Assembly (NCBI RefSeq): GCF_003918875.1
Contig: NW_025767202.1
Span: forward strand, 2,232,001-2,296,000
Reading direction: 5' to 3'
Length of the DNA stretch: 64,000 nucleotides
Origin: Haliotis rubra
Taxonomy: Eukaryota
The position numbers were made by a program, and so were the translations under genes. Each line of letters opens with the position of its first letter. The stretch's first letter is position 1. The notes beneath the pieces are model-generated. The model made no database searches. It saw nothing but the letters and a program-made list of their open reading frames with translations, and was not told the origin of the DNA. Below, one piece after another: positions 33,888-45,900 of the stretch.

Positions 33888-36800
33888 TCATGACGATGTG
33901 CGAATGTCCATGTATGGCGGTGGTGACGTCACAGTCTGAATATGGGAAAACGATTGTCTGAATGGAGCCCGTGCAGCACGAGGCAGATGTGGCGGTGTTA
34001 TATGGCCCCTTTGTGTATATCGAGGCTGATTCTGAAAGTGACAAAGACGTTCACATTAATGTAGGTTACAAGCTGCAACACAATTAGAGGACAATTCATA
34101 CTTCACTTACTCTTGGATCAGTTAAGAGAAACTAAACATTCCAATGTGCAGCAACGTCTCGAAAAAGATGAAGTATTTCAGTCACTGGTCAAAACATTCG
34201 GATCCTTGAAATATGAAATATTGGATCGCAATGAATTATATAACACATTTCTTCTTTACATATGTAACTTATACATAATATGTTGAATAAAATAGGTCTT
34301 TAGAGACGTACTGGTAAAAGATAAGAGTAAACAAAATTATGGACGACAGATACTACTAGTTCTATTACGTTCTAGCTTTGTCAACTATGGTGCCTGTTCT
34401 TTAAAGGACGCTTAAAACCTAACAGCTTAATGATAGAAAGTGAGCATGTTGATATCAGGTGAACGAACATTCACGGTATCCTACCTGCGTGTATCGCACA
34501 TCATCCAGGCGGTATTTTCTGAAATACCACAGGATCAGGAACGCCAGGGCGAATGTGATGAGGATTATGACCCCTCCGACCACAAACCCGACGATCACAG
34601 GTGGAGTCAACGTGACGTCACACTGACCGGAACCATCTTCACAGTTATCTCCCTTGGTGCAGCGGACAGCGTCAGAGACACATCGTCCATTGAGACACAG
34701 GGTCTCTCCATCCGAACATGGGCCTGACAGAAACAAAGACATAATAGTGAGTTTGTTGGGATCTAGGCACAGAGCTGAGCCAGTGAATATGGTTGATTAT
34801 TACATTTCAGTGTTGAAAACTATCTACATAAAAGCCATAAAAATATCCGAAGGTTCCCTGTTTAATTCCGACCATATCGTAAGCATGTGTTCTTTAATCA
34901 CCATCAAAGAGCGAAAAGGTGGCAAACTTCACAAACACGTGCAAAGGCAGGTCAATGTCCAAACACATGGTAAATCAGGAGCAAATGGAAATTTTTTTCC
35001 TACAAAAGTGTATTGTAATACATTGCTTCAAGAATGCTCAGACTAAACAGAATAGATTCTTAATCTGAATCAGTTCGATATTCGCGGCGCTAATATACGG
35101 AAATAATATACAGCAGAAGGATGTGTGTACTGATGCTTCCGTGTCAGTTATCTGTGATTCAAGAACACATGTTCAGATGTTAGCAGAGACTTCTCATTGT
35201 GGAAAGATTTACGTGTTTATTTTTGAACTGGTAAGAAAGGGTAGAGGTTTTTTTCGAAGTTATCACATTCTGGTTTGTCAACACCTTATCGTTGTGATAT
35301 TACGCGCTCGTTACAGAACTCAGTCACGTTAAATATTTCGGAAGTCTAGTATGAAAAAAGTGCTCATCGATGCACTGTCATCCCGTGACATGTTAATATT
35401 CAATCATGTGTGCAGGTGTACAGGTGTGCACATGCTGCTTCACCTTCATGGAACGTGGTCACGTACAGCTGGAAGCCTCTGCCGTGGAACTTGGCGCTAC
35501 TGATGAAGCGAAGGATGACAACGCTGGAGGAGGATGTGTAAGCTTCTCCCGGTGCCTCAACACCGCAGTACCGCCTGCTCTCTGCAACACACACAATGAC
35601 ATAATACCCAGCACGGCACTCGGCGTTAAGTTGGTGAATCTGAGGTGGGTATCCATGCTAAAATGCTAATCCCAGATTAACAGCGCTATAAACCCCACAC
35701 AAACTAGCCATAGCCATAACCATAACCACAGCNNNNNNNNNNNNNNNNNNNNNNNNNNNNNNNNNNNNNNNNNNNNNNNNNNNNNNNNNNNNNNNNNNNN
35801 NNNNNNNNNNNNNNNNNNNNNNNNNNNNNNNNNNNNNNNNNNNNNNNNNNNNNNNNNNNNNNNCTATATACCGATATATACAAATACAAACACACGCATA
35901 CAAATACATACACAAAATACAGAAATACTTGACATGTCCATAATGGTTCCGAGCCTTCTGTAATCAGATAGTTCCGAGTTCCTGGTGTCCTGGGGAGGCC
36001 AATAAACAACACTCACCTGAACAATTGTCTCCAGGGGCACATTCGGATATTGTCAAGAAGTCTTCGGGGCACGACACAAAGCTGGCGATGTTGAGGGAGA
36101 TAAATCTGACGATGACACGATGTTGCGTTTGGGCGATCAGTTTCAAGCTACAGTTGAGTTCAGCAGCGTAAGCATCGGACTTCGTGAGGTTAAGATCCAG
36201 TCCACTTGCGTAGTTCTTCAGATGTAGACTCTTGCCACAGATGGTGTCCATATACAGGTAATCTATAAACGATAACACACGATAAGAAATCCTGCAAATA
36301 GGAAACACAGACAGCACAAACTTGATACTGAACACATTTACCCTACCTTTAATGAAGCCCAAACGTTACTAAATTATTTTACTTCAACATCCAGCTAGTA
36401 TTCTGGTTTCTTCTAACACAGATACCAATAACACTGTTTTTGTTTATTTATAGTTCTCAATACTATGAGACTTGTTCCTTTATAAATTTCTTCACCAGTA
36501 TAATCAATATATGTATGGATGAACTTAAACTGCTTTTCCGCCGCTATTCCGCCGTTGATCCCTAGACGTTGTTTTGACTGGTCATTTACTGGTAGTTAAA
36601 CTAATTTCAACGGAGTGATTTTGAGCACGCACACACAACGGAGTGAGTCGAAGTGGTCTCCATATTACAGTATCTCATTGCAGGTTTGTATTTCTGTGAA
36701 GTGTGATTGATGTAAGTGTGTATGTCTATGTAGCGTGTGTCCGTGGTGTGTATGTGTGTACTGTGTGAGTGTGGTGTGTATGTGTGCACTATGTGAGTGT

Positions 36801-39465
36801 GGTGTGTATGTGTGCACTGTGTGAGTGTGGTGTGTATGTATGTGTAATGTCTGTCTGTTGCTGGTGTGTATGTGTGCACTGTGTGAGTGTGGTGTGTATG
36901 TATGTGTAGTGTCTGTTCCTGGTGTGTATGTGTGCACTGTGTGAGTGTGGTGTGTATGTGTGCACTGTGTGAGTGTGGTGTGTATGTATGTGTATTGTCT
37001 GTTTGTGGTGTGTATGTGTGCACTGCGTGAGTGTGGTGTGTATGTGTGCACTGTGTGAGTGTTGTGTGTATATGTGTATTGTCTGTTTGTGCTGTATATG
37101 TGTGCACTGCGTGAGTGTGGTGTGTATGTGTGCACTGTGTGTGGTGTGTATGTATGTGTATTGTCTGTTCCTGGTGTGTATGTGTGCACTGTGTGAGTGT
37201 GGCGTGTATATGTGCACTGTGTGAGTGTTATGTGTATGTGTGTATTGTCTGTTCGTGGTGTACATGTATATGTGTGCACTGCGTGAGTGTGGTGTGTATG
37301 TGTGCACTGTGTGTGGTGTGTATGTGTGCACTGTGTGAGTGTTGTGTGTATGTGTGTATTGTCTGTTCGTGGTGTATATGTGTGCACTGCGTGAGTGTGG
37401 TGTGTATGTGTGCACTGTGTGTGTGTGGTGTGTATGTATGTGTATTGTCTGTTCCTGGTGTGTATGTGTGCACTGTGTGAGTGTAGTGTGTATGTGTGTG
37501 TATTGTCTGTTCGTGGTGTATATGTGTGCACTGCGTGAGTGTGGTGTGTATGTGTGCACTGTGTGAGTGTTGTGTGTATGTATGTGTATTGTCTGTTCCT
37601 GGTGTGTATGTGTGCACTGTGTGAGTGTAGTGTGTATGTGTGCACTGTGTGAGTGTTGTGTGTATGTGTGCACTGTGTGTGTGGTGTTGTATGTGTATTG
37701 TCTGTGTCCTGGTGTGTATGTGTGCACTGTGTGAGTGTTGAGTGTATGTGTGCACTATGTGAGTGTTGTGTGTATGTGTGTATTGTCTGTTCGTGGTGTA
37801 TATGTGTGCACTGCGTGAGTGTGGTGTGTATGTGTGCACTGTGTGTGTGGTGTGTATGTATGTGTATTGTCTGTGTCCTGGTGTGTATGTGTGCACTGTG
37901 TGAATGTTGAGTGTATGTGTGCACTATGTGAGTGTTGTGTGTATTGTCTGTTCGTGGTGTATATGTGTGCACTGCGTGAGTGTGGTGTGTATGTGTGCAC
38001 TGTGTGTGTGGTGTGTATGTATGTGTATTGTCTGTGTCCTGGTGTGTATGTGTGCACTGTGTGAGTGTTGAGTGTATGTGTGCACTGTGTGAGTGTTGTG
38101 TGTATGTGTGTATTGTCTGTTCGTGGTGTGTATGTGTGCACTGTGTGAGTGCGCTGTGTATGTGTGAGTGTGGTGTGTATGTGTGCACTGTGTGAGTGTG
38201 GTGTGTATGTTTGAGTGTGGTGTGTATGTGTGCACTGTGTGAGTGTGGTGTGTATGTGTGCACTGTGTGAGTGTGGTGTGTATGTGTGAGTGTGGTGTGT
38301 ATGTTTGAGTGTGGTGTGTATGTGTGCACTGTGAGAGTGTGGTGTGTATGTGTGAGTGTGGTGTGTATGTATGCACTGTGTGAGTGTGGTGTGTATGTGT
38401 GAGTGTGGTGTGTATGTGTGCACTGTGTGAGTGTGGTGTGTATTGTGGTTGTGCCTTTACGTCGTCCAGTGCACATATACTACTTTTAATTGGCCTGTCT
38501 GGAAATCGTCCGGCCAGTACAATACTACTGTTAGGTGTTCCCCGATAGACACGCGTGAGTACACTCACTCAGTTAACGTTTGTGATAAAAGACAAACATT
38601 CGGGGTTTATCCGCACATCTCCGGGCAACCCGAGACACGTCCTACAAATGAGGCGTTTCATTCGGAGTTAGTTTAGCTTGACATACACATGACGCAGTCA
38701 GGGCAACACTTCACCTCCGTATACACACCTTGTGGTGATAGTTGTGGGAAACAAGCACATGTATATATCAATTACTGAGCCGACACGGTATACCGCGTAC
38801 CCATAGGAATGGTATGAAAGCAGGTAGAACATTCAAAAGAATATTCATACACAATAGTGAATTTATACACCGCTTTATCCTGGTGAGGGAAGTAATATAG
38901 CAATGAATAGGGTGTTGTGTTGTCGCAAAGAGCCGAACAAGTCGCACGAGCTATTTCAGTTAGTGCATTGCATAGTTTTCTGATATACAAACTAAATCTG
39001 ATTTTATAAAATATTTCATGTAGATGTCGCTGTTGATATAAGTGTAGCTGATGCCGTGGTGTTTCAGGTAGTGTTGAGAGTAGGCTGTTATTGCTAACAC
39101 GCTTTACGTCAATAATCCAGTACTGCTTAATCGTCATCCGGTATAACGGACACTTATGTAATAACAAGACATTAATCTCCTCGAAGGTGTAGGGGCATCT
39201 TAGCCAGTACAAACAGTCCTTTCAGTAAGTCAGTAACACCCATAAGTATTTGGACTTTGATTTCGCCTTGATAATACATGTGATAATATTTGTCTGATGA
39301 TGGCATAATGAGCTATAATAATAAGGTAAGCTAAATTACAATCACTGTATGTCAACTGGCGCTGGTTGAATGTATGATAAGAACGTATAAACACTACTCA
39401 CGTGAAGCTGAATACCCGACCCCGATCACCAATAAAGCGCACAGATGATCCAGCACAGATCTCAT
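33888..39465 (-). CDS. Type I membrane protein: signal peptide, CUB, LDLa-like, TM, cytoplasmic PPxY (276 aa)
   Basis: Exons: 39402-39465 (MRSVLDHLCALLVIGVGYSAS); 36017-36262 (YMDTICG...LNCSLKL...VRFISLNI...CPEDFLTI); 35444-35581 (YCG...VILRFIS...GRGFQLYVTTF); 34485-34723 (C....LCLNGRCV...C...NCEDGS, TM, RKYR); 33888-34031 (SPPPYMDIRTSS*). All phases are compatible. An N-gap lies in intron 2. Confidence 0.88.
35733..35863. other. Assembly gap (N run)
   Basis: Ns in sequence. Confidence 1.
36700..38442. repeat. Complex GT-rich satellite
   Basis: Modules such as GTGTATGTGTGCACTGTGTGAGTGTG and TATTGTCTGTTC. Source of the His/Thr-rich and Cys/Val-rich spurious ORFs. Confidence 0.95.
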
Positions 39466-40449
39466 GATGCTGGGTACACAAACGTTCCGCTATTAAAGTC
39501 CGTACATCAAGTCCAAGCGGTCACTGAGCACGGACATTGTCGTCCCACTGGTCAGTGATATGTGTATCCTAGTTACTGGACCGTGACTGGGTCAGCCTGG
39601 CCACAAGGACACGTGAGGACTGTGGAGGTGGACGTCAGGGACTGACAGCCAGCGATGAGGTGGAGGGAGAGTCACGGTGGGTGCTGTAGACACATGGAAG
39701 TGGGTCAAGACATGGGTCTCGTCAGCATGGGGGCAATGAGGCAATACAGATACAGTTACCGAGGGTGGATGACAAGCTGTTAGCGTCTAGACGGATGCAT
39801 GTAACTAGTTATTGGTTGCAATCTTTTGTCATTCAAGATTAAGTGCGAAATTCATTAATAAATTCAAAATTCCGATAGCATATGACTAGTACTATCGGTT
39901 ATATTTGTATACCATGAACAATATGAGATATGAGGAATAAGTTAGGGAAAATGTTTTAGATAAAACAGTGTTATAGATATATTGAAATTGCATTAAATCG
40001 AATTGCGATAGATCCGTATAAAAGAAGCCACCGTAAACTCGACAACACTCTTATTGGGGATAGCGTCGATTTTCCGCGCGCCATTGCTCGATTAACGGAC
40101 AGTATATTATATTGGAATATGTGTGTTCGAGATGATGAGGTTTTAATTGTATCTACATTTCAACAGAACCGATGTGTATTCAAACACCGAAATGATCATC
40201 TTTTAACCTATAACAAATATATTTCGGTTATATATACATTTCCCGTGCAGATAATGCATTCGTGAATGTAATTTGAGATAATACTGAATATATCAAGTTA
40301 TTAGTGTATTTGCAAATTTATTGGTTTGTTCTCCTAAGTTTTGAAGGGTCTAGTATATCTGTTTGTGTTTGTTTAATTAAATTAAATTAAAGTAATTAAA
40401 TTCATATTTTAAGGGGTATATGTTTTCTTTAGGAAAAATATTGCTACTT

Positions 40450-40625
40450 ACCGAGGCGACCAGCGGGATCGGGTGGGCAGGCTCGCTGACTTGGTTGACA
40501 CTTGTCACAGTATGCCTTTTGGGGCGATCGATGCTCATGCTGTCAGTCACTGGGTCGGCTTGTCCAAATTCGTCTAACTGCCATAAAGAAGATATATTGC
40601 TGAGTGTTAAACAAAAACTAAAACC
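40450..40625 (+). mobile_element. SINE family 2, partial
   Basis: GAGGCGACCAGCGGGATCGGGTGGGCAGGCTCGCTGACTTGGTTGACAC...GATCGATGCTCATGCTG. Confidence 0.7.
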
Positions 40626-40707
40626 CAGGTGTACAACGGAGTATATAGAAAACACTCCCTTACTCAATCCTTCCCAATTCTAAACCACAAACGCGATGTT
40701 AACAACC

Positions 40708-40873
40708 ACGGGAGGTGGGGTAGCTTAGTGGTTAAAGCGTTCGGTCGTCACGCCGAAAACCCGGGTTCGATTCCCCACATGGGTACAATGTCTGAAGCCC
40801 ATTTCTGGTGTCCCTCGCTGGATATTGCTGGAATATTGCTAAAAGCGGCGTGAAACCAAACTCATTCACTCAC
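40708..40873 (+). mobile_element. tRNA-derived SINE (family 1)
   Basis: Head, body and (CTCA)n tail, with approximate TSD TGTTAACA. Confidence 0.88.
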
Positions 40874-42469
40874 TGTTAACACAATAGTAAGACATTCCTG
40901 TTGGAAATGGGTATTTGTATCGACGCGGAAGGATGCTTGAATACAATGCACAATACATGAACACAGTACACTATTTGCCCTATAAAACAGTATCAAACAA
41001 TGCATCGGTGTTGTATAACACCATGAACATCCCTTTCTATCCACAACTGCTAATCATTATTACTATCAAGTTTGAAAGCCAGGATATGTGCAACGCAGCA
41101 GGGAGTTCTGTTTGAAGCCTTCTCCATCAACGACGTCGTAGGAGGCCGCAGCAGGACGTCATCGCCCACTGTGACCTGCGTGGTTTTGGAAAACCATAAA
41201 ACATGAAATCAAAGAAATACATTTTTAAGTTTAAATATAAGTGTTCATCTGCCGTCATGGAAATGTGTATCTAACATATAATATGCTGACAGTCAAAGAC
41301 CCAGAAACGAGTGAAATGAAAGATGGAAATGATGCATTAGATGATTCAAGAACAGAATATTATTATCAGAGAGTAATTAAACACCCAATAACAGAAAAAC
41401 AACAAATGGTTTCACATGTAGTGAGCGTAAACAACAAGAGCAGTCGCTATCGCCGACGTTCCCCCTGTGACTGGGTACTGAGTAGTCTACAGGGCTACAG
41501 CCAATGAGACTCTCAGCCGTCGGGGTCCGTTGTTGATGGTGTCGTTTCCCGCATTTGTCAACATTATAACCACCCTCGTTAGTTTAACAAAAGCAGTTAA
41601 GTGTTTCTTCAGAGGGTATGCAGGGTTACATTAAACATTCGCATACGTTTCTGCATTATATTCTCCTGTTACCAACATGACGTTTATCGCAGCAGAGGCA
41701 CTGGGGTCATTCGTGTTACCCTTTACCGAAATTACAACCATATACATTGCAAGACAGATACCTACAGGCTAGATAGCATTGTGTGTTTACAATTAGTTGA
41801 GAAGACATGTTTGTCCCCTACATCACAAAGCCTTGTTCAAATAGATTCGATGCAGGAGGTCTGGCCGGGGGCGAAGTAAACACAAGACTCTCTTTAATGG
41901 TCAGGAGAAAGGTCATCCCATTGTCACCTTGCATTAAAGTTTTAACTGATAGGTAGGCGAACGGTGGGTCCATGATACGCTTTGCGATGGACACAATAAT
42001 CAAAACAACTTTAGCGGCATCGCGATGCTTGTACTTCTATCTGTTGCGTCAATAACACAGTTATGGATCCAAGATTGGACATTTTCTCGTGTGCCTAAAA
42101 CTGTGTCGTAATGAACGCGCAAGAATCCCGTATTCTGTATATTTGTCGCACTGATGCGCTATGAAAAAATATTTTTCTATGTTTATATTCTAAAGGTCAA
42201 AGTGTCTTACATTGTCGCCCTTGGTAACAAGCAAAATGTCTTTTCTAAAGCTCGATAATCGACAATGTGACCATGAACGCTCGTGATTCACCGATAGTCT
42301 CTTCTGAATGATGTAATGTTATGTTATAGAGCGTTAGATCGCTCGTCAGTAACTAATTATTAGTCCTGATCCAACATAAATATTTCAGATTTCGAACACC
42401 TGCCGTATTGATGATTTGAAATTGGAATTTGAGCTGAAGCAACTCAATAGGACATTGGCTGTCTTAAGA

Positions 42470-42646
42470 GTGAATGAGTGAGTGAGTGAGTGAGTATGAT
42501 CTTACGACACTTTTAGCAACATTCAAGGTACATCACGGCGGAGGACACCATAAATGGGCTTCACATATTATACCCATGTGGGGAATCGAACCCGGGTCTT
42601 TGGCGTGACGAGCGAATGCTTTAACCACTAGCCTACCCCTCCGTCC
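42470..42646 (-). mobile_element. tRNA-derived SINE (family 1)
   Basis: 13-bp TSD GGCTGTCTTAAGA (42457-42469, 42647-42659). Confidence 0.88.
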
Positions 42647-42781
42647 GGCTGTCTTAAGATACAAGTGAACAATTGAAGTGAAAATAATAATAATTACATT
42701 GCAAATCCAAACTTAAATATTTACTACAGGTTTAAAAATACACGTTAATACTGAGTTAAAAAGACTTGATATTCCTTCGTC

Positions 42782-42790
42782 ATATAAAAG
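42782..42790 (+). promoter_or_regulatory. Putative TATA box of the SLC7 gene
   Basis: ATATAAAAG about 170 bp upstream of the candidate ATG at 42954. Confidence 0.4.
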
Positions 42791-42953
42791 GTAGTGTTTG
42801 ACGGAAGTTGGAGGGCTACCCACCAGGCAGGCACAGCAGTGAGAGCATGCGCCTGATGGGAGAAACCGCGGGCGACATCAAGCTTCCCAACCAGTTGTGT
42901 TACCAAATTTAATTAATCAGAAATCATTGTTCGTCACTTTTACATAGATCAAG

Positions 42954-45900
42954 ATGGGTTGGCAGAGAGGTAAGGATTTATATCGCTGAAAAAGTCATTT
43001 ATTATGATAATTGGTTTACCCCAGTACTTCGATTTTCTATATTGATACCCCAGAAAACTACCAATGCAATATTGTTTGATTTGATATATTTACATGAATG
43101 ATAAACAATGCGATCTAAGACATGAGGTGGTTATCTAATTCTTAACATGTTCGATATACAAACTAGTATGTGTATTTTTCACAAGTATTACTGACGAAGC
43201 CCGTGTTCACCGATAAATATCTTGTCACAGAACTTACTGTGGTCATCAGGTATCAGCTGTTCTAAAACTGCAAACAATTATATTAAATCTGTTCTTACCC
43301 AGTGGTTGACACAGAGAGCTGCAATCTTTAGAATACCTCAAATAACAGAACCTTGTGAAATCGAACTTGTTAACCTCGGTATATCGGAAGTATGATAACA
43401 CCGTGCCTGTCGGTATTATATCCTCATATCCCCTTGTAAATCATGGGTTTAAATATAACGATAAATACTGATGATAATTGTTATGGATTTACAGCTTCTT
43501 TACTCTTTGAAAGGCGACGTTTCGACATAGATTCTAATGTCGTTGTCAAGCAAGTGTTATTATAATCTATGTCGAAACGTCGCCTTTCACAGAATAAAGA
43601 AGCTGTATAATCTTAAAAATTATCATCATTCTTCATCACCTCAACTTCTAAAATGCCCATCAAAGACGAAATATACAATCTCATTACAGCAACATACTGA
43701 TCGGTGTTCACCATATCAATCACTGGATTGTCTGGTGCAGACAATCTACAGATAATTTACAGGCGGCAGTCATATAGCTTGACAGTCATATAGTCATGTA
43801 GCTATAATATTCGAAGGTTCGAAGGTTCTAAGGTTTTATTTTCTCAACTTCCACCAAAGTGGTACATGAGTGGAGTGGAAAACAACTTATATACACCCAG
43901 ATGGCATCGGAGAGATATAATTGAGACAGGATAATGTACAATACAATATACACATATATTCATATATACAAGGATGCCATTAGAGAATGATACAAACATT
44001 TAATTACATGTATTTATATCTAAACTTCTATTGATACATTTCATAAATTTTGACAAATCTTTAACATATTTGAGCTTTTTTATTATATTGCTGTGTGCGG
44101 TGTTACACTACACACAAACACGTACTATTTATATAAATTTTGCATTACCCACTTCTACTTAACGGCCTTTCAAGACATCCTATGCACTCTATTCACATTT
44201 ATGTATCCCCCACACCCAGGCTTTCGATCTGTGAGCATGTATTAATGTTGTGATTCAGTGGTCGAGGAGCCTCCCAGTGGACAGCTGGACACAGGGTCAC
44301 CACCGGGAGAAGTACCGCAGGAAGTGAAACTCCAAAGACATGTGGGACTTGTTGGCGGTATCTCGTTTGTCGTTGGAACCGTCATTGGTAACTTTATTAT
44401 TGTGTCCGTGAGTGAGTGAGTGTCTGTACGCCACTTTGAACACTATTCTAGTTATGTCACTACGTGGCAGTTTATTGTGGGAGAAATTCAGAAGTGGTCG
44501 CAGACTTTTGCCACTTTGGGGGAAGCCTAGTCTGTCTCACAGTGCCTGAACCACATTATTGTCCCCACTACCTAGCCCTCTCTGCAGTGCTAAAGCCCTA
44601 AATGAAGCAAGCTTAGATTTCCTTAGGTTCTGAATCTCTGGTCTCCCTGGAGCTCCTTTTCAATTTAAATGGGTTTGTTTGTTACTATCAAAATTATATA
44701 TATTCAGAGACTAAACCTTGGTCTAGGGGAAACCCAAGACTCATGGTGCTGACATCCGAGAAACATAAACAGAGCGCATCGGGGATTGAACCCATAGTCG
44801 CAGAGGATACACCTCTGTATGGGGAATATCACTGTGACGTAATCGACATGAATTCTAGTTCACCGTTTATTTTGGGGTTGTAGTAAAGAACATTGTAGGA
44901 GAGCATCATCTCCTGTAAATTGAGCATTGATTACTCAAGGGTAACGTGTCGCATCCGCTAAACAATGTCAACCATTTTGTCAGACCAGTATGAGGTCTTC
45001 GCTTGGTGTTTGACTAATGGGACATGCAGAACGTTGAAATTTTGACGCTAATATATTGACTTGCACCATTACGCTCCCGTCTTTGTTCAGGCTAACAATT
45101 GACTTGCCTTCGCATGTTTTTGTGACGGATTCCACCAGTGAAGTTAGATACATATTTCTTCGTATCATCACCATATTGTAGTGACTGATCCTTTTAATAG
45201 TGTCGGACCTGTAGCAGACCTGATTTATGAAATTTATTTTTTCAATATAGATGTAATTTCAAAGTCTGGTAACTAGCCTGCGCCCAACCTTGTTTCCTCC
45301 CCTTTACAAACATTATCCCATTCATTCTAATGTTTAACATAAATGATACAGTTTAACATATTCTTGGGGATGCCTTCATGGGAGTATTTGCTTTAACTCG
45401 ACTGACTGTATAATCAGTGGGTTGGAAATTTCATTTTGAGGGTTGGTGTTGTATGACAGAATGTGAGACTTCGCTACTTAAGCAAGTTGCAAGTGTTTGT
45501 TTTTGTCCAGGTTCTGGTATCTTCATCACACCTCAGGGTGTACTCCAGAACACCGGCTCTGTTGGCCTGTGTATAGTGCTGTGGGCTCTGGGAGGAGTTC
45601 TGTCAATGCTGGGTAAGAATGAATACACGGAAATAACATAATATTTACACAGCCCGCTCGTTGCTTGTAATCATATGAGTATGCGAGTTAGATTAAAGGT
45701 ACATCTTAATATTCACCCGAGACTGATTATATTCTCGCTTTGACGTTTAAACCCCAATATGAATTAATTGTCGTATTTTCGTAAGAATTACAATCCAATG
45801 CATAGATTCTGAATTTGATGCACTGCAAGCTACCTTCAAACTTCACCTACATGAATAGCAGTTAACTGTGGAAAATTCATGCATTACCCCATACAACTTG

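Noticed and set aside
36607-38568. Long His/Thr-rich and Cys/Val-rich ORFs up to 603 aa
   Set aside because: Translation of a GT-rich intronic satellite. Open in several frames and with no splice support.
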